Below, one piece after another: positions 35,267 through 49,386 of a DNA stretch of 64,000 nt; the first letter of the stretch is position 1, and every line of letters begins with the position of its first letter. Source of the stretch: Selaginella moellendorffii (Eukaryota > Plantae > Lycopodiophyta). The position numbers and the translations under genes were made by a program. Where the stretch lies: contig NW_003314261.1 of NCBI RefSeq assembly GCF_000143415.4, forward strand, positions 1,936,117 to 2,000,116, in the 5' to 3' direction. The notes beneath the pieces are model-generated. The model saw nothing but the letters and a program-made list of their open reading frames with translations. It was not told the DNA's origin and ran no database searches.

Positions 35267-38200
35267 GGAGGGGGTGCTGTCAGGAATCCCCCAATTCTTG
35301 CCACATTCCTGACTCTCACCGGATTCCTGACCTGCAGACCACATTCCTAACTCTCAAAACACTTCCCTATTCCTGACTCTCGAGACACTTCCCTATTCCT
35401 GACTCTCTAATTTCCTGTACGATTCTTGAGTCTCGAGCCAGATTCCTGATGATGATGTGGTGCCTCCTCGACCTCAGCTATAATTAGGCCGTCCTCGATC
35501 TAAGAGTGGTGGAGCTTCATCAACCTATAGTATATATAGGTTAGCCTTGTTCCATTTCTCCACAATCTGAATCAACACCAGTCTAAGGCCTTTTCTTTGT
35601 TTCCACTAGCTTTTCTCTTTGTCTTTTGCATTTTCCAGTCTTGATCTTGTTTGGGGTCTTGACACTACCTCTTCTTGGATTTCAGGGAATATTGAGGTAG
35701 CTTCTTCACAAATTCTTGTGATAGAGAGTAGACAGGGCTGAGTCCTTTCCAACGAGCCCACCAACAGTCAAAATGGGGAAGGATCGAGACCAAAGTCTCC
35801 TAAAGAGGCAAATGGGTTTCCTTCACCTTTATTTCTCTTCATCATAGGCATTTTGAGCAACTTGAGCACAAGTCTATAGTCTTCCTGCTCCTATCAACCC
35901 AGTTGCCTTCACCGGGCATTTACAGTGTTCAGGGTATTTGATGTCGATACAAAGTAGACGTGCGACAAATTGGCACCCTTTTACCATACCTCAAGGCCCT
36001 AAGGTATGGAGTAAACTTTCTAACCTCCAAAGGCAACTTAGGTAGGACATTACACCTTCTCTAGCTGAGTCCTCTTTATCCTTCGCAGATTCCAGTGACT
36101 TCGATTTACGAGCTATGGCGCAGCCACCTTTAACTCAACCTTAGCTCCATGTTCTACAGAAGGGGAGTGATCTGCCGACCTTCTCAAGTGTTAGAACAGT
36201 CTCTCCAACATCGCATATCAGTCGCTTTGATTACTATTGCACCACAAACATGATCGTTGATGATGATCGTATGTTCTGCGACTTCTTGCAGTCTCTCGAA
36301 GGCAAAGCAGCAACTTGGGCAGATTCTCTCCTCCCAAAGGACCAGACATACTTCCAGACACTACTTGCTTCTTTCAAAGAATGTTTCGTTGAAGAAAAAC
36401 CCACAAATTAGTTACTTGTCGACATCTTTTCGTTCCGGTAGGGTGCTCACGAGTCTGTTCTTGACTATATCACTCAGTTTTGAGCATACTGGAAGCAGTG
36501 TTGGGATTGGAGAGTGGTCCAAGGTGAGCAATAGGGGATCATGGCATTCACAGCAGGTCTGCGTGGGAACTTGCAGCGGAAACTTCTTAAGAAGACATTT
36601 AGGTCTTGCCGCGAGGCATTTTCATTTGCCACGAAGTTGGAAAGAGAGCTCCTTGTCGACCTAAGGATTGCTAGAGTAGATTTTGACCAAGCTATCACCC
36701 CGTCAGAGTCACCTTGTGTAGCTCTTCACCTGTCCACACCAAAGCCCGTCTCTATTGAGCATACACCTCTAGCTATTGAGAACTTTGCCAACGAGATGTG
36801 GCAGCTGAAGGAGATCATTCTTCAGCAGCAATCACACCATGACAAACAGCTCCAGAAGCTAGTGGAGTCCAGAAAAGAGGCCGATACAGCTCGGAAATGT
36901 AGATTTAAGTCCCATTGGTGCACTCATTGCGAGACGAACACACACAACATGTAGTGCTGCTTTAAGCTTCACCCAGAGCTTCGGCCTCCACCTTCTCAAC
37001 ACTTCCGTTTGCTGACAATTCCACATCACCTCGGGGTCCAGAGACATATCAGGAGCAGTTGGAGCGACAAGCAATTGAAGCAGCCCCTTCGTCAAGCAAA
37101 GGCAAGGCACCGGCCTCATCGGTCAACACGATTTTGGTAGCCGAGGAACTCTATAGGCAACAGCAACAAACTGTAGCCACTCGAGCCCAAGCGAAGCAGA
37201 AGGCACCCGCTCAGCCTACTACAGATCCCCCAAATGCCGGTTGAGAATGAATCTCTATCAGCACCAAATCCAGTGATACAGAGGGTGGCTTGTAAGCTCC
37301 CCTTCAAGTCACTACTCTTTTCTCCTTTTGAGATCTCACCAATAGCAATTCCTATTCTGGAGCTGGTTTTTCAACAGCTAGTTTACACTCCCATCACCTT
37401 TTCGCTCCGAGACAAGTTGTGTCTTGTCCCGGGATTTGGCCAGTGTTTAGAGGAGTTTACACAGTCAGGAACCGGTTTAGGGTTTAGGGTCCCTTTGCTA
37501 ACAATTCCACATCACCTCGAGGTCCAGAGACATATCAGGAGCAGTTGGAGCGACAAGCAATTGAAGTAGCCCCTTCATCAAGCAAAAGCAAGGCACCAAC
37601 CGCATCAGTCAACATGATTTTTGTAGCTGAGGAACTCTATAGGCAATAGCAGCAAACTGCAGCCACTCGAGCCCAAGTGAAGAAGAAGGCAGCCGCTCAA
37701 CCTGGCATCGATCCCCCAGTGTTGGTTGAGAGTGAATCTCTGTTAGCACCAAATCTAGTGACACAGAGGGTGGCTTGTAAGCTCCCCTTCAAGTCACTAC
37801 TCTCTTCTCCTTCTGAGATCTCACCAATAGCTATTCCTATTCTGGAGCCAGTTCTTCAACAGCTGGTTGACACTCCCATCACCTTTTCACTTCGAGACAA
37901 GTTGTGTCTTGTCTCAGGATTCGGCCAGCATTTAGAGGAGTTTTCTCAGTCAGGAACACTAGAGAGCACTCTCAAGAGGACTCCTCAAGATGTGCACATT
38001 GTCGACATGATAAGATACGGTGGAGATCCTAGTTCATTCTTCGTCCTGGTGCAGATTGGTACTTCCTCTTGTAAGATGGATGCTTTGGTTGACTCCGGTT
38101 CTGGAAGCAACATTATCTCTCTTACAGTTGCCCTTTCGGCACAGCTACAGATCACTGAGACCTCCTCCATCGTGCTCAAAACCTTCGCCAACCACACTGT

Positions 38201-39314
38201 TCCTCCAGTGGGCATTTTCTGTGGTGTCAAGGTCTCTGTGTAGGGTTTATTTCTGAGGCAGATTTCCTCGTGGTTGACTACCAACGTCTTGGAACGTCCT
38301 CTTTGAAGGACTCTATCATCCTTGGCCACTTATGGCAATTCACAGCCCATTGCACTATTGATAGTGCAAAATTTAAGATGGAGATTAGCGATGGAACCCA
38401 TAGCGCCACCTTTCTCAACAACCACGGCAGAGCTCTTCCTCAGCAAGCCTAACAGGCTCAAACTAAGATGGCCTCCACACCACAGTTCCCTCTTGAGCTC
38501 ACAGAGGTTTTTCCTGAGTTGGCGGTGGAGTCGACCATTTATATGATGGATGCTGTCTCATGCAATGCAATTGACATGGTTGGAGGTGAGTCAGATAGCT
38601 CGAGACATCTCTCAGCTTTACTCTCTTTATTTTAGGGTAAGGCCGAGCCTCTCGCCATGCCCTCTTTATTTGATGGCGGGGCATATATGGTACGGGCTCC
38701 CATATCCAGCTTTTCAGAGTGTTTCTTGATAGAGGAAGGGCTTCTCGATTCGTTTCTTGCATAGGACCAACTCTCTCTTATGGAGCTTGATGACACAATC
38801 ACTCTAGACCAGGTCCATCTTTCATAGGACACAGTTGAACTCAATCCTCCTCAACAACTGTCTGAGGTGTCACACAGCCTGCATCTTCCTACAAAAATCA
38901 CTATAGCTGATGAGTCCGAGCATATTTTGTCATGATATTTCTTGGAGACAGAAGATGACATCCAGACACACAACTGGCAGAAAGAATCAAGCCAATCAGA
39001 CATGCTGCATGCGAGTTATGGCTCTTTGAGTTCAGAATTTCCTACCGTGGAGCTCCCGGTACAGGTCCCAGTGTATTACACTGAAACTTCAACACCAAAC
39101 TTGGACTAGACTTCGGTGGAGGATCTTCCTTCACTTGCAGAGTACTTGGCTACAGTCCTTGCATTGGACATTGAGCGCTCAGAGCATTAGAAGCAAAGAG
39201 AACAACAAACAAAAACTCCGAATCCAACAACAATGTTCTTGCTTGACTCGCCAGAGACAGTCTTACCAGATGTGGTGTCCCCAACATCTTTATTGAAAGA
39301 AGAGGACACTCCTA

Positions 39315-39700
39315 TGATTACAGCTTATTTTGATGGTGCTTTCTGCCCCAAAAACCAGGTTGCCGGCATTGGAGTTTGGATGATTGATTCTGCGGAGAAC
39401 AAAGTAGCCGACCTCTCTATCACTTTGCCAGCAACATCAGCTAATGAGGCAGAGTACTTGGTGGCTATCAGTGCCATGAAGTTGGCCACAGATCTCAAGT
39501 TTAGGCGAGTTACCTTCATTGGGGATGCAGAACTGATCATGCGCCAACTTACTAGAGAATACCAAGTCCGTAAAGAGAACCTGAAAGAGCTATAGCAGCG
39601 GGTGGTCAACCTGAAGGATGAGTTCTCCCAGATGACTTTTCAAAGTGTCCCTCATGAAGAAAACTTATGGGTAGACAGGTTATCACATCAAGCAATCACC
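39315..39700 (+). pseudogene. Additional archaeal-type RNase H (aRH) domain between protease and RT
   Basis: AYFDGA...AGIG...NEAEY...IGDAELIMRQL...VPHEENLWVDRLS. Confidence 0.9.
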
Positions 39701-41186
39701 ATGATGCGAGAGGTGAAAGGCACTCCCTACTCTTTGGTTTCTAGGGTCAGGGAGGAATCAAAGATAAATGAGCCCCCTAAGCCCAAGGTTTCTCCAGACT
39801 TTAAGGTTCATGCCGTTTTCTTGGGTGATGACAAGGACCAGGTCTTTATCGCCACATCACTTGCTTCAACAAACGCAGCAAAGCTCTTGGATCTCCTCCA
39901 CTGTTTCAAGGACGTGTTTTCTTGGGACTACAGCCAGCTTCTAGGAGTTCCCATGGACACAATCATGCATAGTATTGTGCTTTTAGAGATAGCCAAACCA
40001 GTCCGTCAAACGATGCGGCGTTTCAGCCCGGCAGCTCACTCCGAGATGAAGTTGGAGATCAAGCGACTTCTGGCAGCCAGCTTTATTTACCCTTTGGAGA
40101 GCTCAGAGTGGGTGGCCAATCTCATCCCTGCATGCAAGGCAAATGGAAAACTCTGCCTCTGCATTGACTTTCAAGACTTGAACAAGGCAACTGCAAAATA
40201 TCACTTTCCAACTCCATTTATCAATGCAATTGTAGATGAGATGACTGGACACCATTACTACTCTTTCATGGATGGCTTTTCAGGGTACAATCAGATCTTC
40301 ATTCATCCCAATCATCGAGATCTTATGGCCTTCCGAACACCTTGGGGCGTCTTCGCTTTTAACATCCTCCCTTTTTGCTTGTGTAACACCGGAGCTACCT
40401 TTCAGCACTTTATGACCCACGCCTTTCATGACTTAATTGGAGACGCCTTGAGGGTGTATATGGTTGATCTGTGCACAACCTCTGACTCCTGTGAGGACCA
40501 CCTTGTCCACTTGGAGCATATCTTCACTTGCTACCGACAACACAGGTTTTTATTGAACCCAGCAAAGTGTAAATTCGGGGTGAGTGAAGGCCAGTTGCTA
40601 GGCTTTGATGTCTCACAGGATGGGATCAAGCCCCAGGTAGTCAAGGCTCAGGAGATTCTGGATTGGAACCCACCAACCAACTTGAAGCAGCTTCGCAGCG
40701 TCCTCAAGCAAACGGGTTTCTTTCGCCGTTTCCTCCACAACTATGCTGCACATTCACGGCCTCTGATAGCTTTGCTACAGCACAACATTCCATTTGTTTG
40801 GGGTGAGTCCCAGCAACAAGCCTTTGAATCACTGAAGCAGTCACTTCGCATGGCCCCGGTACTCCAACCACCAGAGCGACAACTTCCTTTCGACATCTAC
40901 ATCACAACGGGTACAGCGGCTTTTGGAGTATGTATTTGCCAATGTTCACAATCTGGCAAGCCACCACATGCAACATACTATGCTTCACATTCGTTCAAGG
41001 AGACTGAGAAGAAGTACGTGGATGCGGAAAAAGAAGTAGTGGCTGTTGTTTACACCTTAGAGCGATTTCGTCATTTTCTCGCTGGAGCCTATATCCATTT
41101 CCACGTCTATTTTAATGTGTTGACCTTTCTTTTACAGTGACTGGTTCACAGTCTTCATTCTTTATCTTGGATTGTGACTATCCAAG

Positions 41187-41696
41187 TGTAAGCAACCAAA
41201 GGGAACGACTTGAGAGACGATCCATAGGGTTCAAATATAGAGGGAAAGGGCCCATGAACAAAAGTGCACCCCCTTTTCTAATCGGTTAAGGGTCTTGGGA
41301 TACTTGGGATTAAGCGTCCTTGGGTTTGAATAGTACTGAGCTGGGTGACCTCCCGAGAAGTCCAGACTCAGGAGTTTACATTTGGTATCGAAGCGGGGTC
41401 TTGGGTCTGACTCTGTTGGTTGTCTAAGAGAATCACACCACATGTTGATTGACATTTGGCTGGTCCAGTTTGCTCCCGTTGGTCCATCTATGCATGGTGG
41501 ATTGTAAGCAACCAAAGGGAACAACTTGAGAGACAATCCATGGGGTTCAAATATAGAGGGAAAGAGCCCATGAACAAGAGTGCACCCCCTTTTCCAATCG
41601 GTTAAGGGTCTTGGGATACTTGGGATTAAGTGTCCTTGGGTTTGAATAGTACTGGGCTGGGTGACCTCCTGGGAAGTCCAGACTCAGGAGCTTACA
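41187..41696 (+). mobile_element. Cassandra TRIM (5S rRNA-derived LTRs)
   Basis: 194-bp LTRs at 41187-41380 and 41503-41696 containing ttaagcgtccttggg...agtactgggctgggtgacctcctgggaagtcc (5S A/C-box-like). PBS tggtatc; TSD CCAAG. Confidence 0.93.
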
Positions 41697-43860
41697 CCAA
41701 GAGTTCCAGCCGACTTTTCACATGCGATAGAAGCGTGTGATGGATTTGAGTGAGTTCCTGGTTGCTGAAGCTACTTCCTTTGTGGTCCCAGTAGCATTAT
41801 AGGACATTGTAGTGTACTTGGATTTAGGTCAATTCTCAACAAATTCCTCACCAGTGCAACAAAATGCATTGGAGATCCGAGCACGGAGGTTTTGCCTTCT
41901 CGACAGACACCTTTACAGGAGGACTTCTCAGGAAGTTTTTTTGTGGTGTGTGGGGGAACACGAGGTCTCTGAGCTCCTTCGTGCTCTCCACTCTTGTGTG
42001 GGGCATTTCTCGGGATGGGTCACAACACAGCTCCTCTTGTGCCATGGCTACTTTTGGCCTTGGATTCACCAGGACAGCTTGGCCTATGCAAAGGCATGTG
42101 AGCAGTGCCAACGGTTCAACCCCCAGAGCTATGTTCCACATCTTCCTTTCCAGCTCATCACTTCTCCAGGTCCCTTTTTCCAGTGTGGACTTGACTTTGT
42201 TGGCCCGATCAACCCACTGAGCTCAAAAGGGCAGCGATACATCATTGTGGTGACGGACTATTTCACAAAATGGGTTGAGGCCACCCCTTTGTGACAAGCA
42301 GATCAACAGTTTACAGCAAAGTTTGTCTACGAGTACATCATTTGCCGATTCGGAGTTCCTGCTATTTTGATTTCTGATCGTGACAGCGGCTTCCTTAGAC
42401 AGGTGGTGCAGCATCTTCTCCAGCAGCTGCAGGTCAAGCACGTGAAAAGCAACAGCTATTATCCTGAGTGCAATGGCCAGGCTGAGTTTAGCAACAAGAT
42501 ATTGAAGACAGTCATTTCAAAGCTTGTGGAGGATCACCCAATGCATTGGCACGAACACTTGGTTACAGTGTTGTGGGCCTTTCAGACATCCTTCAAAACA
42601 TCCATCTCTACGACCCCATTCTCCCTTGTCTATGGGATAGAGGCCATGCTTCCAGTGGAGATCCAAGTGCCATCACTCTCACTTTCACTTCGATACACAG
42701 CAGTGATGCAGCTTAGTGATGAAGACAAGTTTCATGCACGTGACTTGGAGGTTCTTGCCTTGGAAGAACAGCGACAATCCACATCAGAACATCTCCTTCG
42801 AGGCAAGAAGAAGATCAAGTTAGTCATTGATCACCAGTGATCTACCGAACCATTCGAGGATGGCAATCTTGTTCTACTCAAGGAATTTACACCACCATTG
42901 AAGTTCTCCCCTTGCTGGACTGGCCCCTACTTTGCCCAGCGACACATCGAAGGTGGAGCATATGTGCTATTTGATGTTGATGGACGTGAGCTCCCACACG
43001 CTCACAACCACTCTCACCTCAAACACTTCATCCGGTGAGGCGTTCCTCTTCTCTCTTTTTTTTTCTTTTTCTTCCTTTCTTTCACTTTACTTTCATGGCT
43101 CTTTTGCTTACTTTCAGGGGGTGTTTCTCCATTGGACCATGGCCCTTGCCTTGGATTTCATGCTAAGGCTGCATTGCTGTTTGGATAGAGGTTCCTCACT
43201 TGGTTTGGTCTCTGTTCCAAGTTCTTTGGCCCTTCCCTTACCATTACTACACCCCACACATTCCCCTCACCCATTCCATATCATTTGCACTCACAGTTCT
43301 ATCACCAATCGTTTCCAGCAGCGTTTCCTGCACTTATCTCTAGATGCCCATCTTACATCTTTCATTCTTTTACCATCATTCACATCTTTGCTTGAAGTCA
43401 CATTTACACCATACCATGGACACACATATGTGCACCAGCAGCAAAAGACACCACCTCATTTGGATGTGCCGTTTCCGAGATGTCCTTACGACCATTTGCC
43501 GATGACGCACTAGCTTTTCTGGAGCGACTTTCTTCCAACTGGGTGAGCCTGTTCACTCAAGGCACCTAGGTGGATCTTTAGGCAAGGCTACAGAAGCCGA
43601 AGCCACTTTCTTATGCTCCAGCACTCAGTGGACACATGCCACCTCCCTTTACCGGCAACCCAGCAACCACACTGTCCTTTCCAGCTACTGCCTTCTTCAG
43701 TTACTCTTGTTTCAGAGACGGCCACCTTTTCAGAGTGCCACCACCATCTTGGCACTCCACCATATTGATGCTAGAGCAAGTGCAGGAGTAGGAGCGAGAG
43801 CAAGTGGTTACCGGTTACAGGTCCCTAGTTACTGGTTACTAGTTACCGGCTATTCCAAGA

Positions 43861-46495
43861 TGTCACGAATGTGACTTTAGGTATCGAAAGTTACCTGCCA
43901 GTCAGTCCTTACGGACACTCTTTCCTTACTGCCACGACGACAGGAGTGTCACGAATGTGACTTCGGGTATTGAAAGATACTTATCAACCAGTCCTTACGG
44001 ACACTCTTTCCTTACTGCCATGATGGCAGGAGGTCGGTACTACTGGTTCCCATAATTGGCCCCTCTTGTCCAAGTGTTAGTAAATTGGGCTTAGCATCTG
44101 TACTTAGCCAGATGGACATAAGGTAGGAACTCCTATGTGTTTCTAGTTGAGCATTCTCGGCCTGGCTTTTAGTTCTCTTTTGCTCTGTCTTGCACTGGCT
44201 TAGCAAGAACCCTCGCATATTGAGACTAGTCCCTCAATATTGCCAGATGATAGCTTACCGTGTCTGCCAAACACCCTTGCTATCACGCCCTTTGTGTTAG
44301 TCTCATTTCGGTTCCAAATGCTATTTATGGAAAGTGTCTAGATTCACTCATTTGGCATATCTACGGAATGTAGAGGTTGGCCTGAACACAATGGTATTCG
44401 TCCCGTGTCCAAATTCGCAATCTAGCGCCATTCCATATTTAGTAAGTTTCAAGCTTGGGGTATAAATGGGGATAAAATAGCTACTAAGGGCTTTTTCATC
44501 AAGCAATTGCCCCTTTTCCAGTTGGCTTAAGGGGAGAGAGATAATGTGCACTACATATGGTCATGAGTTTGAGTTAACAATGGTTTTGAAAGATTATTAG
44601 TGGGCAAACTTAAGTGAGATGCTGGATTACAATGGTTTTTGAAATCCTTTATTTTAGTTCAAAGTTATAGCTTCAAAGTTGGTTTAAGCATTTAGTAGCT
44701 GTATATGAAGTTATAACTAGTTTATTGAGATTCTATAGTTGTTGGGTGATGTTTATACTATGGCCTTGGGTTTTGTTTCAGTTATAGTTATTAGCAACTA
44801 GATTACTAGTTCTGTGGGAGCTTCAAGTTTTCATAGTAGTTTATAATCACTTAACATAAATTCTAAATGTTCCATCTAATTTATTGTCATCACTTTTTCA
44901 TCTTCTAGAGGGGAGGTGTAAGGTCTATAAATACATACCCTATTTAGGTAATACACTCATTATAGTACTATAGTATATATATTGTCCATTCAGGACTTAA
45001 TATCCCAGAGACTAACTCCTGGTACTAAGGGAGGCTTGGGGTGAAAGCCTAAAGCATGTGTTCCTCAAGGAGGGGGGGGGTGGCTATGGGGGTTCCAAAT
45101 GTATAGTAGGGATAGTGGTTGGAATGCATGTCCGACCACCTGAGATATTAGTTTGGCTCCTGCTGGGCTGTGTCGCTCCTTGTTCTGCGTCCAGCTTGGG
45201 TCTAAGCCCAAGCTCCACGCTACTCTAGTTGGTGGAGTACCCTCCTCCTCGCGTTAGGCCACCGGTATGCCAAAATTGTGCTAGACTCCGTCTGACACCA
45301 TTTTGTGTGCAGGTGCTGGATACGGGGAGCTGGTGCTCGCGGGATTGTACTAGGCCCTCTTTCGTAGCGCAACGGGCTTGGAGTTCAACTCCAAATTCAG
45401 GTGTGCTACAGGAGGTCGGTATTGCTGGTTCCCTTTATCAGCCCCTCTTGTTCAAGTGTTAGTTTTACTGGGCTTAGCACCTGTACTTAGCCAGATGGAC
45501 ATAAGGTAGGAACTCCTATGTGTTTCTAGTTGAGCATTCTCGGCCTGGCTTTTAGTTCTCTTTTGCTCTGTCTTGCACTAGCTTGGCAAGAACCCTTGCA
45601 TATTGAGACTAGTCCCTCAATATTGCCAGATGATAGCTTACCGTGTCTCCCAAACACCCTCGCTATCACACCCTTTGTGTTAGTCTCATTTCGGTCCCAA
45701 ATGCTATTTATGGAAAGTGTCTAGATTCGCTCATTTCACATATCTACAAAATGTAGAGATTGTCTTGAACACAATGGTGTTCGTCCTNNNNNNNNNNNNN
45801 NNNNNNNNNNNNNNNNNNNNNNNNNNNNNNNNNNNNNNNNNNNNNNNNNNNNNNNNNNNNNNNNNNNNNNNNNNNNNNNNNNNNNNNAAGGGAGGCTTGG
45901 GGTGAAAGCCCAAAGCGTGTGTTCCTCAAGGGGGGGGGGCTGTGGGGGGTTCCAAATGTACAGTAGGGATAGTGGGTAGGTCGGGCATGGCCGACCAACC
46001 TGAGGCATAGTCTAGCTCCCGCTTGTGTGCCTGTCCTTGTTCTGCGTCCGGCTTGGGTCTAAGCCCAAGTTCCATTCCATGCTAGCTGGTGGAGTACCCA
46101 TGTCCTCGCGTTAGGCTATCGATATGCCGAAATAGCGCCAGACTCCGTTTGGCTCTGTTTTGCATGCTGGTCCTAGCATTGGGATGCTAGTTGCTCTAGG
46201 ACTATTCCAAGTCGCTCCGGGCTCCTGTCCCTTTGCTCCTTGGGCTGTATGCTTGGGAGTTGCTCCGTGGTTCGATTCCGTCACTCCTTAGCTCCAAGCT
46301 TGGGAGTTTGGCACCGTTCCTTCATTCAGTGGCCCAAGGCCCTGAAACTCGGGTTCCACATGACTGTCCTTTGGACACGTGGCATGTGACATGTGGCATC
46401 TGTCACGTGGCACAAAAAGGGTTTAGGTTCCACTTTGTGGTGTTATCCTATGGTAAATCATCATAGGATAAAGGGTCAAAACCACATGCGCTACA
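43861..46495 (+). mobile_element. Composite solo-LTR-like insertion (family C) with internal duplications and a nested fragment
   Basis: TG...CA ends. TSD CAAGA at 43856-43860 and 46496-46500; removing it restores the B sequence as seen in copy A. It has an 87-bp head duplication, and 44028-44404 is repeated at 45409-45787. Confidence 0.8.
45788..45887. other. Assembly gap (100 N)
   Basis: Run of N. Confidence 1.
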
Positions 46496-47237
46496 CAAGA
46501 GGTCAACACTTACTCTACAGGCCAACGGTTATCGATGGCCACCTTTTCAGAGTGCCACCACCATCTCAACGCTCCACCATATCACTCTATCTTTCATCAT
46601 TCCCACACTTACCACCCTTGGGCAACGCATCCCCTCTTCTATCTCTCTTTCTTTCTCGATTTTGGCCAATCCTTGGAACATACTGGCAGTCATCAAGAGG
46701 CTGCATTTGCATATTACACTTCCCTGAGCCAAAATCTAGATACGGGTTAAGTTCTTTGGGTACTCATTTTTTCTTTTTCTTTCTTTTCTTCTATTTTTCT
46801 CCTCTTTTCGCACTTTTTCTACACTTTTTCTTCAACTTTAGGGTCCATTTTGACTACAGGGTTTCCTACCGGGTTTTCCTCCCTATCTCCAAACTTCACA
46901 CCTACCTCTTTTCTATCTTTTCCACTTTGTTTTCTAGAGTTTCTACTATTTCATGCAGTTACTAGCACTTGGCATTAATAGTAGAGGTACACTCTACACT
47001 CTTCAGGGGGTTCTCGCGCGTCTAGAGCCAGTGCGATCCACCATGGTCGCATGTTAAGGCGTGGCCACCGAGAGAGTGAGAGAGAGAGAGGGAATATTTT
47101 GGTCCTTAAAATATTCCCCATCTTCCTTGTATAAAACCCTTGCCTCACAAGGGCAAGGGGGCATTTTTGTGAAGAGCATTGAAGCATTTCTTGTGTTTGA
47201 GCGAGCATTGGGGGAGGTGCCCCTCCTTCCCCCAACA

Positions 47238-47976
47238 CTCCACCAGTTAGCATGGTATGAAACTTGGGCTTAAATTTAAATTGGACACAGAACAAGGATT
47301 GACATATAAGTGGGCACTAGACTATGCCTCAAGTTAGTTGGCTATGTATAACCTATCCACTATCCCTACAATATATTTGGAACCCCCACATGCCCCCCCT
47401 TATGCCCTCCCTTGAGGAAAGCATGCTTTGGGCTTTTATCCTTAGTACTAGGAGTTAGTCTTTGGGATAAGCTTGAAACTTACTAAATATGGAATTGCAC
47501 TAGATTGTGAATTTGGACATGGGACCAACACTATTGTGTTCAAAACAATCTCTACATTTTGTAGATATGCCAAATTAGCAAATCTAGAGACTTTCCATAA
47601 ATAGCAATTAAGACTGAATATGACCAACACATAAGGCATAATAGCAAGGGTGTTTAGCAAACACGGTAAGCTATCATTTGGTAAATATTGAGGGACCAAG
47701 CTCAATATTGTGGGGGTTTTTAATACTAACAAGTGCAAGCTAAGATATGAGTTTCTTATATCATGCTAAGTATGCTTAGCAAGAAACATATAAGAGTTTT
47801 TACTTTATATTTATCTGGCATAAATACACATGATGACCAATTTCTCAACTAGCTTAAGTGGAGACTAATAAAGAATCCAGCAATATTAACCTCCTACCAT
47901 CGTGGCAATAAAGAAAGAACATCTGAAAGGACTAGCCGATAGGTAACTTTTGATACCCATATTCACATTTATGACA
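47238..47976 (-). mobile_element. Partial family-C LTR (3' LTR of a decayed minus-strand element)
   Basis: The reverse complement starts tgtcataaatgtgaa like 43861 and is preceded by the purine tract aaggggcggagag (47977-47989). Confidence 0.75.
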
Positions 47977-49386
47977 CTCTCCGCCCCTTAGGGAAGATTA
48001 ACATCCTTGTCAATGCATACTCTAATCTAGACCACCACCAAGAAAACAACTCCAAAAAAAGTTCAAAGTGTTCTACAACTTAGACACCTTTCGGCTATCA
48101 CTAACAAAGAGATGACCAATGGAATTAGCCATCTTTGTTACTTTAGGTATCACCCAGCTTAGAAAGATGATATGCCCTTACTTGTAGATGACATAGAGAG
48201 AGAAGCTAAAGGCCACAACCCTTTTAAGAAAGCAAACCAAACTTGTTAGTAAAGTTTAGAGAAACTATTATAAACAGATAGTTAGAGTTGTTTACATAGT
48301 CACACTTTTTTTAAATAGAATAAAGAACATCAAGAGAGAGATGGGTAATGTGTCCAATCAACTGTAACTACCCCATAACTAAAGACTTCACTATGTATAT
48401 GAAGTGTCAAAGCCAATCTGCTTATATTTGCCCAAACCCAAAGATCAACAGATGGACAATATCAAAGTCATAAACAATGATATCTTAAAGAACTAAGTAT
48501 TAGTGAATAAATCTTAGATTAAAACACAAAAATATCCAATAAACTAGTATTATAAGAACCACCAAGATCATTAAAAGTTAAAGTCATAGGATTAACTAGC
48601 CAATAAAATTTAATAGTAGTGTATTATAAAAAAAACTCAATGATAAAGCTTAATTACCAAAGATTGTAGATAGTATGCTAAACAATTTACATAAGTTAAC
48701 TCAAAAAACTCAAAATATCATCGTCTGGCAAACAAAATGCTGGAAAATATAGTACCCAAAGGAAATAATATTCACTCTATTAGAACCAACGGTAACAACA
48801 ATCAACAAAATATAATCAAAGCTGCAAAACTATCAAATACTCGTCCATACCAACTATCACACGAGCCATTTAAATAAATCTTGGTCAATGCAATGAACCA
48901 ATCAAATCTTACTTCAATTGTTAGATCTTTGGACTAGGGCCTAGAGTGAAGTCTTTTGCTTTTGGCCAATAGAAAGGCTTACAAACCATTTTGCCAAAGA
49001 AGAACAAATTGTAATATATATCTTAGGGTATGTGATCAGTTATCAAAATGAACAACTAACAATTATAAAATATCACTAAGTTGGAGACATGAGTGATAAA
49101 ACTAACACTATTCCCATAGAGATGCATAGGAGATTTATAAGAAAAGGTAAGGTAGTTAAATTTATTAGTACATTTCTAAGCAGAAGCAAAGTAAAATAAG
49201 CTTGGCTCAAATGCTTGAATGTGAATTCTCTTTACAAAGTATATTATTGTGTTTGTAGAAGAGTATATAGTCAAAATAGAAAGTGGAGAGTATACAATTG
49301 TCATTCAAGACCTTTCTTCTTGCACATGTCCAGACTTTATAAAGTGTGAGGAACATAGGAAGGTATGTACTCCTTGCAAGCATATG

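Larger units (their letters stand above)
30066..35664 (+). mobile_element. Chromovirus (Tcn1/Tf1-like) LTR retrotransposon
   Basis: 387-bp LTRs at 30066-30452 and 35278-35664. TSD CTACC at 30061-30065 and 35665-35669. PPT gaggagggggtgc. Domain order gag-PR-RT-RH-INT-chromodomain. Confidence 0.96.
36115..43018 (+). pseudogene. pol: gag-pol of element B, with many stops and frameshifts
   Basis: Knuckle CTHCETNTH; protease ALVDSGSGSNII; RT YSFMDGFSGYNQ; integrase GLDFVGP and YYPECNGQAE. Confidence 0.9.
29324..47237 (+). mobile_element. Tat-like Ty3/Gypsy LTR retrotransposon copy B with an additional archaeal-type RNase H; hosts three nested insertions
   Basis: LTRs at 29324-29513 and 47052-47237. 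PBS tggtgaacccagcgtg (tRNA-Trp-like). Domain order gag-PR-aRH-RT-RH-INT. Its own flanks (gacaa / ctcca) are not a TSD. Confidence 0.88.

Noticed and set aside
41290-41365. 5S rRNA genes (also at about 41620, 49720, 50120 and 59310)
   Set aside because: These are partial, diverged 5S-like cores inside Cassandra LTRs.
42932-43513. env-like 3' ORF in elements A and B
   Set aside because: The hydrophobic stretch derives from T-rich low-complexity DNA, and the frame is not preserved between the two copies.
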